Virus record (IMG/VR): IMGVR_UViG_3300032285_001531
Strand: one strand, 5' to 3'
DNA from: a virus
Taxonomy: Duplodnaviria > Caudoviricetes
DNA: 64,000 nt
The notes below the pieces were generated by a model. That model had not been told where the DNA came from. It did not search any database and worked only from the letters and a program-made list of their open reading frames with translations. Positions 29,442 to 36,730 of the stretch are shown one piece after another. A program made the position numbers and the translations under genes. How positions within the stretch are numbered: position 1 is the first letter of the stretch; every line of letters starts with the position of its first letter.

Positions 29442-30434
29442 ATGCTAATCAACGAGATTCTAACAGAAGCCATCAGTCTAACACAATACGAAAGTAAGGT
29501 GCAAGGTATGATTATTAAAGGGCTCCAAAAGGCTCTAAAACGTTTATCCAAAACTAAAGGTAAATTTCCCGAAGAAGAACAGGAATTAACACAGAATGAT
29601 CGTAGCTATCCATTTAGAACACAAATGGTGAATCTTTTTACAAGATATCTAGCCACCGATATTGCTAAAGAATTCAAAAACTTAAAAACTATTGACGGTG
29701 TTCAAGTGGACACTATCAAGTTTATCAAATCTGAGTATGGCGGATACGCACAAGGAACTGATCTTTACATCGGTTCTATAATTATAAAAAATATTGCCAG
29801 AACAACAATTGATACTATCGATCAATTTTGCATTGATGCGTCAGGTGAATATCCTGATCGTGTTACTACATTTTTCACAATGTGTTCTATAATTGCTGAT
29901 GGGGTAGACAGGCATAGTAAATTCTTACTGAATGAAATACTTGACCAAATTCAACCAAGTGTAGATTCTATAATTAACACTGTTACACATGAAATGGTTC
30001 ACACAACTCAACATGGTCGCCAGTTTCAAAAAGGAAGAAGTAACCTTGAATATCGCAGTTATTTGGATAAAAAGAAAGGCGAGTTTATAAAGTTACACAA
30101 CAACAAAGACTGGAATAAAAATCCTCGTGCAAGAGAATTGTATTACGCTAGTCCACAAGAGATTCCTGCATTTGCACATGAAATCGCTCTGTATATTATT
30201 CGTGCGTATGCTCTACCAGAAATAACTTCAGTTGAAGAAATTTCAACAGTAACTCCTGAAGATATTACTTACGCAATGTCTAGATATCCAATGATAGCAA
30301 GTCTTGCTACTAATCCTGATCCTAGAGCAAAGAAAGTTTATCAACGCTATGCTAAATTAATATACTCGGAAGTTCAGAATTACATTCAACAATTAAAACA
30401 GAAACTAACTAAAGAAGCGGTACCTGCTACTTAA
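29442..30434 (+). CDS. Putative zinc metallopeptidase-like virion protein
   Basis: Start refined to MLINEILTE after ATAAATA (29428-29434); HEMVH...QEIPAFAHE. Confidence 0.6.
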   Translation: MLINEILTEAISLTQYESKVQGMIIKGLQKALKRLSKTKGKFPEEEQELTQNDRSYPFRTQMVNLFTRYLATDIAKEFKNLKTIDGVQVDTIKFIKSEYGGYAQGTDLYIGSIIIKNIARTTIDTIDQFCIDASGEYPDRVTTFFTMCSIIADGVDRHSKFLLNEILDQIQPSVDSIINTVTHEMVHTTQHGRQFQKGRSNLEYRSYLDKKKGEFIKLHNNKDWNKNPRARELYYASPQEIPAFAHEIALYIIRAYALPEITSVEEISTVTPEDITYAMSRYPMIASLATNPDPRAKKVYQRYAKLIYSEVQNYIQQLKQKLTKEAVPAT

Positions 30435-30908
30435 GTTAGATTTATCATTTACCATACGGTCAAATTGACCACTCTTACCATCAAAGTAAAATCCACTAGG
30501 GTCTAGTATCTGACCTCGTAACTCAACCCAACTATGCGGTATCCATTTGAATTCTTCACGTATTGCAGGATCACTGTTTATGTATTTGATGCGGTCTGAT
30601 TTCTTGCGTGGATCAAGACCTAATTGTTTCATTGCTAATTTATCTTTTGTTTCTAGTGCGTCAATATGTAGATCAGGTTCGTCTGCATGAAACCATCCAT
30701 ATTTTTTCTTGCCGTTGTTTACAATACCAATAGGAACAATCTCGGCATTACCTATACCTTTATTCTCTAAGAATGATATAAAATCTTGACTGGCGCCATA
30801 ACAATTATCTTGTACAAAGTAATAGTTCAATTGCATTGGACTAGCTTGCTTCCAAAACTCAATTAATAATGGATCAATTTTTGATCCTGCAAGTTCAAAG
30901 ATTTTCAT
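30405..30908 (-). CDS. Transglutaminase/papain-like protein
   Basis: Start refined to MKIFEL; candidate triad DNCY / HSWVE / ILDP. Confidence 0.55.
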   Translation of the reverse strand: MKIFELAGSKIDPLLIEFWKQASPMQLNYYFVQDNCYGASQDFISFLENKGIGNAEIVPIGIVNNGKKKYGWFHADEPDLHIDALETKDKLAMKQLGLDPRKKSDRIKYINSDPAIREEFKWIPHSWVELRGQILDPSGFYFDGKSGQFDRMVNDKSNLSSRYRFFS

Positions 30909-31393
30909 TTTATACGAGGAATGACGTTGGTATCCCAATAGCTTTTCTTACCAATGCGACTTTTATCTACGTCTGGTAAATCTTGCCATTGTTTAGAACG
31001 TTGTTTGCTTTGCTCTACATCAAAGCCTGTGTAGTCATCAGGTACCCATTGCCATTTGTGATGATAGATCCAAGGATCAACTGCCTGTTTAGTTACTTTA
31101 ACGGTACCATCTGGTGATACTCTGATACTGGTACCACTGATTGGTTCGTCTGCAGTATCAAAGTCAGGTGATTCTATGAATGAGAATGTTTTTAACTTGG
31201 GATTGTATTTGATTACAGTAAAGTCAAAATCATTTGGGATTTTTGATTGTGCAAACTTTAATTCGTCTGCAGGAATTCCGGCTTCTATCGCATATTGTTT
31301 ATGCACATAAAGTTCTCCGCCAATACGCTTTCCTATCTTTCTAGGTTGTTGCGCAGCTTCTACTATGTTAATTAATTTACGTATATCACTCAT
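30905..31393 (-). CDS. Stand-alone domain resembling phosphorothioation-associated methyltransferase repeat
   Basis: GKRIGGELYVHK, SFIESPDFD, PWIYHHK...DDY; start refined to MSDIRK. Confidence 0.5.
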   Translation of the reverse strand: MSDIRKLINIVEAAQQPRKIGKRIGGELYVHKQYAIEAGIPADELKFAQSKIPNDFDFTVIKYNPKLKTFSFIESPDFDTADEPISGTSIRVSPDGTVKVTKQAVDPWIYHHKWQWVPDDYTGFDVEQSKQRSKQWQDLPDVDKSRIGKKSYWDTNVIPRIK

Positions 31394-31430
31394 AGATATA
31401 TTTATCTGGCAGGGCATAACCATTAGGTAG

Positions 31431-31449
31431 AAAAAGGTAGCAAGCTACC
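31431..31449 (-). terminator. Intrinsic terminator after pqqA
   Basis: GGTAGC-TT-GCTACC-TTTTT on minus strand. Confidence 0.7.
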
Positions 31450-31477
31450 CTTATCTTAAAACTTATTTTACAATGTA

Positions 31478-31549
31478 TTAGCGATTTGCAATGTACATTG
31501 TGATTTCAAAACCAAAACGCAAATCAGTTGCTTGAGGTATTGTCCACAT
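31478..31549 (-). CDS. pqqA: Coenzyme PQQ precursor peptide PqqA (23 aa, not in ORF track)
   Basis: [23 protein letters not shown] with the E-x-x-x-Y core; AAGGAGA RBS. Confidence 0.92.
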   Translation of the reverse strand: MWTIPQATDLRFGFEITMYIANR

Positions 31550-31659
31550 GTTATTCTCCTTAAATGAATACATATACTGCATATGTATTTAAGATATAGT
31601 AACACGTAAAAACACCAAGGTATTGCAGATAATCATTGGCTGATACTAATGAAAATCAT

Positions 31660-31845
31660 TAAAATGCTCTGCGACCCTCGGCGGTAATTATAGTACTAAC
31701 AGCTTCGTCTAGCTTTCGCCGCATCAACTGTTAAATACCTTCCACCCGCTCCCCGACAGGGTCCGTTCTCGCATTGCCAGCGCACTTTTCGCCTAAGTGT
31801 AAGGTCCTACGAGGAATTACCTCGCTTCTCATCTTCCGGACCAGA
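31660..31845 (-). ncRNA. Candidate structured ncRNA
   Basis: GC-rich ORF-free island with nested stems (GGTCC/GGACC, CGAGG/CCTCG, CACTT/AAGTG, GACCCT/AGGGTC, TAACAGTT/AGCTGTTA) and a GAAA tetraloop. Confidence 0.5.
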
Positions 31846-31856
31846 ATAGAGTGTGA

Positions 31857-32441
31857 TTAACACTCACGTTCTTTACGAATTCGCCATCTTTCTAATTGAG
31901 CTAGGCGAATTTTTTCTTTTTGTTCAATAGTCATAGGAATTCCTAATTTTCCATTTGGTTTTCCTTTTTTATTTTGACTTATTTTTTGATTTACTATATC
32001 CTGTTTTTCTTTACTAAACGGTTCTTGTTGTTGGCGAGCTAATTTTTTCCTTAATCGCAACTCCTCTGAGTTTTTTCTTCCCCGTAGTTTCTTGGCTCTT
32101 GCTTCTACTACTTCACGATCCTGTTTGAACCCACTGCTACCTTCTCCGCCTTCACTTTTGTTTAATAGTATTCCAGAACTATCAATGATTCTGCCATACC
32201 ATTTAATGAGTCTACGTTCAATCGCAAATGCTCCTATTTCAGTTAATCCGTCAGCTATCAATATAATATTTTTGCCATCAGGCGGCAAAGATATTTTATT
32301 ATGGGTTTCTACAATTCGTCTACCCTTACCTTTCCCTATATAATAAGGAGTTCCTTTTTTTCCGTGTCTTCCGTCTTTAGCTCTTAAATATGCATAAACG
32401 TAGAAATCTTTTGGAGTTTGAATATTGTATTTTTTTCTCAT
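31857..32441 (-). CDS. Free-standing homing endonuclease (GIY-YIG-like with NUMOD3-type tail)
   Basis: FYVYAYLR...PYYIGKG; NKSEGGEG; basic repeats such as KQKISQNKKGK. Confidence 0.75.
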   Translation of the reverse strand: MRKKYNIQTPKDFYVYAYLRAKDGRHGKKGTPYYIGKGKGRRIVETHNKISLPPDGKNIILIADGLTEIGAFAIERRLIKWYGRIIDSSGILLNKSEGGEGSSGFKQDREVVEARAKKLRGRKNSEELRLRKKLARQQQEPFSKEKQDIVNQKISQNKKGKPNGKLGIPMTIEQKEKIRLAQLERWRIRKEREC

Positions 32442-32506
32442 ACATTTATTTATCAAACTCTAATAGAATCCTGCGGGTCAGAGTATCCGTTGACAACGGA
32501 ACGTTC

Positions 32507-32590
32507 TGGTGGAGATTACTGGGATCGAACCAGTCGTGCTATAAGCGGCGGATTTACAGTCCGCTGCATCACCATTGATGCTTCATCTCC
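32507..32590 (-). tRNA. tRNA-Tyr(GTA)
   Basis: Loop CTGTAAA, long variable arm, CCA. Confidence 0.92.
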
Positions 32591-32595
32591 TTGTA

Positions 32596-32671
32596 TGGCT
32601 GCTCAACCTGGGCTCGAACCAGGGACAAACGGATTAACAGTCCGGTGCTCTACCAACTGAGCTATTGAGCA
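32596..32671 (-). tRNA. tRNA-Asn(GTT)
   Basis: Loop CTGTTAA, U1-A72, G73, CCA. Confidence 0.93.
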
Positions 32672-32693
32672 TTAATTTATTACGATAACTCAT

Positions 32694-32722
32694 ATTATAA
32701 GGAACTATGAGTTGAATGTCAA
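32694..32722 (-). promoter_or_regulatory. Sigma70 promoter for tRNA-Asn/Tyr
   Basis: TTGACA-17-TATAAT. Confidence 0.85.
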
Positions 32723-32746
32723 GTTGTATTTCTACAACAGTTAAAT

Positions 32747-32823
32747 TGGTCGGGGAAGTGGGATTCGAACTCCCGACCTCATGGTCCCAAACCATGCGCA
32801 CTCCCTGGCTGTGCTACACTCCG
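32747..32823 (-). tRNA. tRNA-Pro(TGG)
   Basis: Loop TTTGGGA, C1-G72, CCA. Confidence 0.9.
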
Positions 32824-32828
32824 ATGAT

Positions 32829-32904
32829 TGGTGGAGATTGTCGGACTCGAACCGACCACCTACAGCTTGCAAAGCTGCCGCTCTCCCAGATGAGCTAAAC
32901 CCCC
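32829..32904 (-). tRNA. tRNA-Ala(TGC)
   Basis: Loop TTTGCAA, G3:U70 identity pair, CCA. Confidence 0.93.
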
Positions 32905-32914
32905 CGATTGTTAC

Positions 32915-32989
32915 TGGTCCGGCGTGAGGGAATCGAACCCCCATAAAGGCTTTAGAAGAGCCTTGTCCTATCCGTTGAACGAACGCCAG
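32915..32989 (-). tRNA. tRNA-Arg(TCT)
   Basis: Loop CTTCTAA, CCA. Confidence 0.9.
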
Positions 32990-32999
32990 TAATTTCTTC

Positions 33000-33560
33000 C
33001 TATGATAATAAGATTCTACTGTGCTTAGGAACGCCAGACATTAAGTAATCCATTTGGTCTGCTAAGATATTACGATTCTGTAATATCATATTTTCGAAAT
33101 GATTTGGTTCGTATGGAACATATAACAACTCCATACTGCTTTCTTTTAATGTCATATCATCTTTCTTGCCGTTACATGGTCTACATGCAGTAACTACATT
33201 TGTCCATGCATTCAGTCCACCTCTGCTCTTTGGAACAATGTGATCTCTACTCAAGTTATGATGATTGTGAAAATGATCACCGCAATATGCACAAACATTC
33301 CTATCACGACCGAACAATGTTTTGTTAGTCAGTGCAACTTTGCCATGCTTGCTTATGTCAAATCCATGTCCATTGATTGCGATAATGCTAGGAGTCTCAA
33401 TATAGCTTTGTTGTCCGTTATTTTGAATTCCACCTCTGAACTTAGCAACTATTTCACCTAATGACCAAGCAACCATACCTTTTGCGTGATAAGTGATTGC
33501 AGTTTCATTGGAAATCCATTGTCTAGGAATTCCTGAAATATCTAATGCTAAAACAGACAT
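33000..33560 (-). CDS. HNH endonuclease
   Basis: RDRNVCAYC, DHIVPKSRGG, NVVTACRPCNGKK. Confidence 0.9.
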   Translation of the reverse strand: MSVLALDISGIPRQWISNETAITYHAKGMVAWSLGEIVAKFRGGIQNNGQQSYIETPSIIAINGHGFDISKHGKVALTNKTLFGRDRNVCAYCGDHFHNHHNLSRDHIVPKSRGGLNAWTNVVTACRPCNGKKDDMTLKESSMELLYVPYEPNHFENMILQNRNILADQMDYLMSGVPKHSRILLS

Positions 33561-33615
33561 GATTTCTCCTATAAGTGTATTTAGACACTCTCAAATTATA
33601 GTATTCAAAAGTGTA

Positions 33616-33791
33616 TGGTAAAGCATACTACTCCCGATTTCAGGTCGGGGTTGGGTTTGTTATTAGTATGCTTTATCATTCCTATTTTACTCAACTGTTA
33701 TCTCCAGTCTTTCATCCAGGACTCCGCCCGTTCACAGCATATTTATAGTGCGCTGCGAGGGCCTCGTTCCCTCTTAATACACTTACTGCTT
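33616..33791 (-). ncRNA. Candidate structured ncRNA
   Basis: ORF-free; several hairpins; long terminal stem ending in ACCA; upstream TTGACA-18-TAGACT (33798-33827). Confidence 0.4.
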
Positions 33792-33954
33792 ATCAGTAGT
33801 CTAACATCTTACTGACTTTGTTGTCAACCTGTTTCCTTACTTCAATCTGTTCTTGCAATCTTTGAAACTTTTCTGTTATCAAAGCTTCAAGTTCATCATC
33901 ATTAAGGATATCAGTGTTGCTATTATCTTCTTCAAACATTTTAGCTCCTTAAAA

Positions 33955-33990
33955 CGAAAAACCCTGAGACTTTTTGAGTACTCAGGGCTT
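33955..33990 (-). terminator. Intrinsic terminator
   Basis: CCCTGAG...CTCAGGG followed by TTTT on minus strand. Confidence 0.65.
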
Positions 33991-34018
33991 GTAAAATTAA
34001 CGTATGCAACTTTATACT

Positions 34019-34144
34019 TTAACTAAGCCCCTCAACTCTATCATAATTAATGCTTGATGAGGAATTAAAACCTGCTGGTGTCCACTGATTCACCACGCAT
34101 AGTGATATCTGTTTCATCGGCTGATTAAAAGTATTTTGTTTCAT
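34019..34144 (-). CDS. Small leader-like peptide (41 aa, not in ORF track)
   Basis: MKQNTFNQPMKQISLCVVNQWTPAGFN...; lies between a perfect promoter and a terminator. Confidence 0.4.
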   Translation of the reverse strand: MKQNTFNQPMKQISLCVVNQWTPAGFNSSSSINYDRVEGLS

Positions 34145-34172
34145 AGTAATTTATTTAGTCCTGATGTAAAAT

Positions 34173-34201
34173 ATTATATAGCAATCTGCCTTGTTTGTCA
34201 A
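34173..34201 (-). promoter_or_regulatory. Sigma70 promoter (perfect consensus)
   Basis: TTGACA-17-TATAAT. Confidence 0.85.
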
Positions 34202-34202
34202 A

Positions 34203-34700
34203 TTAAACTTGTCCGTTTTGCAACAGTGTTAACATATTGTTAATATTATGTGATACATCTAATGATACGGATGAAACATATTGTATTGTGTCTGATGGGT
34301 CTACTATAAAGATAACACGACTAAATTCAGTATCTTGTTTAGTCAGTCCTAGTTTATTTGCTAAACTTAAGTCAGGGCGTGTGTTATCTGCGAATAACCA
34401 AGAAGAAATAGTATCGTTACTATTCTTCTTCATCAAAGTCCATGCTGTTTTACTAAAGTCCTGATCGGTAGAACCTATTAATATTACAGCATTCTTGTCG
34501 GTTATAGTTTCAAACAGATTATCAATGTTGTTTAATTCTAACGGAGGAACAATCTCAAAATTGTTAGGGTAGAAAAGTATTATTTTCCATTTATCAACAA
34601 AGTTTTTATTTGTAATTAATTTTCTGTTATTTGGACTGGTCTCATTTGGTTTGATTCCAGAAATCGCAAATTCACCTACTGTTTCTCCTACAGCTTTCAT
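34203..34700 (-). CDS. AhpC/peroxiredoxin-fold protein lacking the catalytic Cys
   Basis: KWKIILFYPNNFEIVPPLE vs canonical FYPKDFTFVCPTE; RVIFIVDP..TIQYV. Confidence 0.75.
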   Translation of the reverse strand: MKAVGETVGEFAISGIKPNETSPNNRKLITNKNFVDKWKIILFYPNNFEIVPPLELNNIDNLFETITDKNAVILIGSTDQDFSKTAWTLMKKNSNDTISSWLFADNTRPDLSLANKLGLTKQDTEFSRVIFIVDPSDTIQYVSSVSLDVSHNINNMLTLLQNGQV

Positions 34701-34720
34701 AGTAGCTCCTAAATAATATA

Positions 34721-35116
34721 CTATTTAGTCATCTCTCCGAGACGCTTATAACCATTGTATGTAGGGTGGACTCCGTCGGTACTTACTTCAGGAATTCTGA
34801 TTACTCTGTCATTATATGAGTTTGCTACTTTGACTACTATTTTCTGTCGTTCAGGTTTAATAGCAGGTAAGATCCAGAACACACGTCCTTCAGTAATACG
34901 TGACCGTAGTGCTATTAGTTCTACTTCAGTTTTAATAGAAAAAGTATCGTTGGAACCTAAACTAATTAGTGTAGTCTTAGCTGGTTCTATCTTTGAATTA
35001 TATTTGTCATTCCAAACAAGACTGCTAATACCACTTTTGGCATAAGCAACACACTCTGTACGTATGTTACTTACACCATAAGCAATACTATCACCCAATA
35101 TTAGGCAATCAATCAT
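34721..35116 (-). CDS. SGNH/GDSL hydrolase
   Basis: LGDSIA block I, SLGSND block III, DGVHP block V. Confidence 0.8.
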   Translation of the reverse strand: MIDCLILGDSIAYGVSNIRTECVAYAKSGISSLVWNDKYNSKIEPAKTTLISLGSNDTFSIKTEVELIALRSRITEGRVFWILPAIKPERQKIVVKVANSYNDRVIRIPEVSTDGVHPTYNGYKRLGEMTK

Positions 35117-35247
35117 AATATTTCGTAATCTTCCTTGCCGCAACCGCATTCTGGGCAAACAAAATCATCCGGTAATTCATGCCATAGACCTTCAGTTGCT
35201 GGATCATGTTCATGACCACATACTACGCATATATGTACTTCACCCAT
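35113..35247 (-). CDS. Rubredoxin (44 aa, not in ORF track)
   Basis: MGEVHICVVCGHEHD...WHELPDDFVCPECGCGKEDY: two CxxC motifs; TAATG-coupled to rubrerythrin. Confidence 0.88.
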   Translation of the reverse strand: MGEVHICVVCGHEHDPATEGLWHELPDDFVCPECGCGKEDYEIL

Positions 35248-35714
35248 TATTGAACCTCCTGTAACATTGTTTGATATGCACTTGCATGACGCTTTTCTAC
35301 TTTTGCTAGTGCAGCAAATCGTTTTTGTGCTTTAACTAATACTTCCTTGAACTGTTCTGCATGTTCCGAACTTTCAACAATCTGATTTCTAAACTCGTTA
35401 AGTGCAGTGCGATCACCTTCAGCTTTGGCCTGTGCTTCAAAGCCCGGATACATGACAGTAAACTCATGTGTCTCACCCTCAATAGCCATTTCTAAACATT
35501 GTTTAGTTGTTGGCTTACCTACTAGTAATTCCAAATGTCCCCAAGCATGTAATAACTCTTGGTCTGCAGTGTGTTCAAAGTGTTTAGCAACATCCTCAAA
35601 CCCTTCTTCACGTGCAATCTTTGCAAAATAGCGATACTTGATATGTGCTTGACTTTCACCTGCTAATGCAGCCTCAAGATTTTTTAATGTGTCTGATACC
35701 TTTTCAAATGGCAT
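35247..35714 (-). CDS. Rubrerythrin (ferritin-like)
   Basis: TLKNLEAALAGESQAHIKY..FA..AREEG, ELLHA, EGETHE, EHAEQF. Confidence 0.9.
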   Translation of the reverse strand: MPFEKVSDTLKNLEAALAGESQAHIKYRYFAKIAREEGFEDVAKHFEHTADQELLHAWGHLELLVGKPTTKQCLEMAIEGETHEFTVMYPGFEAQAKAEGDRTALNEFRNQIVESSEHAEQFKEVLVKAQKRFAALAKVEKRHASAYQTMLQEVQ

Positions 35715-35845
35715 AGTGTTTCCTTTCAATGTGTGTATATTATATATGCCTATTAGCACCGTTGTAAATATAGGTTTTGGCTATTTTTTGATTGTATTTT
35801 TCAATAGAATTAATAGGTGATGTCAATCTATTTGTAAATAGAACT

Positions 35846-36730
35846 ATGCCCTCAGGAATAGTTTTCAACCCAAATAGTTACGATATAGTATTCTTAAGCT
35901 ATGATGAACCAAACGCTGACATAAACTATCAGCACCTTCTTTCAATAAAACCCAAAGCAATGAGAGTACATGGAGTCAAAGGCAGTGATGCCGCACATAA
36001 AGCATGTGCTGAGTTAGTTAAGACTGAACGTGTTATAATTGTAGACGGAGACAATCATGTATTGCCCAATATATTTGGTCGTAACGTTTATACCAAAACA
36101 GATTATGATTGGACTGATAAAGTATTCAGTTGGAGTAGCGTCAACGTAATTAATCATACTAGCTATGGCAACGGTGGAGTTAAATGCTGGCCTGTCAAAT
36201 TGATTAAAGAAATGCGTACACATGAAGTAGGGTCGAGTATTGATTTTGACTTATCCAATTACCTAGAACTCAACGCAATAGGCAGTCACACTATCATAAA
36301 CGGTTCTGCTAAACAAGCATTTAGAGCAGGATTCAGAGATGGAGTAAAACTTAGTTTAGTCAAAGATGATTGGCGAACTGATAATAGACTGTACAACTGG
36401 TTGCACGTAGGCAGTGACGTAGAGTTTGGGCTGTGGACTATATATGGTGCTAGACTAGGACGATTCATGTTGAAACGTGATTTTGATGTAACTATATTGA
36501 ATGACTTTGATAAATTGAATCAGATGTTCAGCAAATATTACGGGATAGCACATAATAATCTTGAATATGAATGCAATAGATTAGGTGAATTATTAGATAT
36601 AGGCCCAGTGCTAAGTATAGAAGAAAGTATAAATTTTAAACAGAATTACAAAGCACCTATAAGAAGTCCAGAACTTTTTATGGGTGGCGATAGACAAGAT
36701 GCTATAAATAAATTTAATGAACGAATTTGA
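35846..36730 (+). CDS. Glycosyltransferase family 2-like protein
   Basis: DIVFLSYDEPNAD, IVDGDN DxD motif; start refined after GTAAATA. Confidence 0.65.
   Translation: MPSGIVFNPNSYDIVFLSYDEPNADINYQHLLSIKPKAMRVHGVKGSDAAHKACAELVKTERVIIVDGDNHVLPNIFGRNVYTKTDYDWTDKVFSWSSVNVINHTSYGNGGVKCWPVKLIKEMRTHEVGSSIDFDLSNYLELNAIGSHTIINGSAKQAFRAGFRDGVKLSLVKDDWRTDNRLYNWLHVGSDVEFGLWTIYGARLGRFMLKRDFDVTILNDFDKLNQMFSKYYGIAHNNLEYECNRLGELLDIGPVLSIEESINFKQNYKAPIRSPELFMGGDRQDAINKFNERI

Noticed and set aside
31591-31600. AAGATATAGT resembles the group I intron S element
   Set aside because: No matching P/Q/R elements on the same strand and no interrupted gene
31765-31790. TTGCCAGCG resembles the 3' part of a TPP riboswitch
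   Set aside because: The CUGAGA and ACCUGA elements and the overall architecture are absent
31830-31845. GGTCCGGAAG on the minus strand resembles SRP RNA helix 8
   Set aside because: The flanks do not form the UCC-GGAA-GGA hairpin, and the AGCAG internal loop is missing
32390-32944. ORFs 32390-32578, 32418-32660, 32716-32898 and 32741-32944 (also 22984-23187, 23854-24150, 24698-24916)
   Set aside because: They overlap tRNA genes and are artefacts of tRNA sequence
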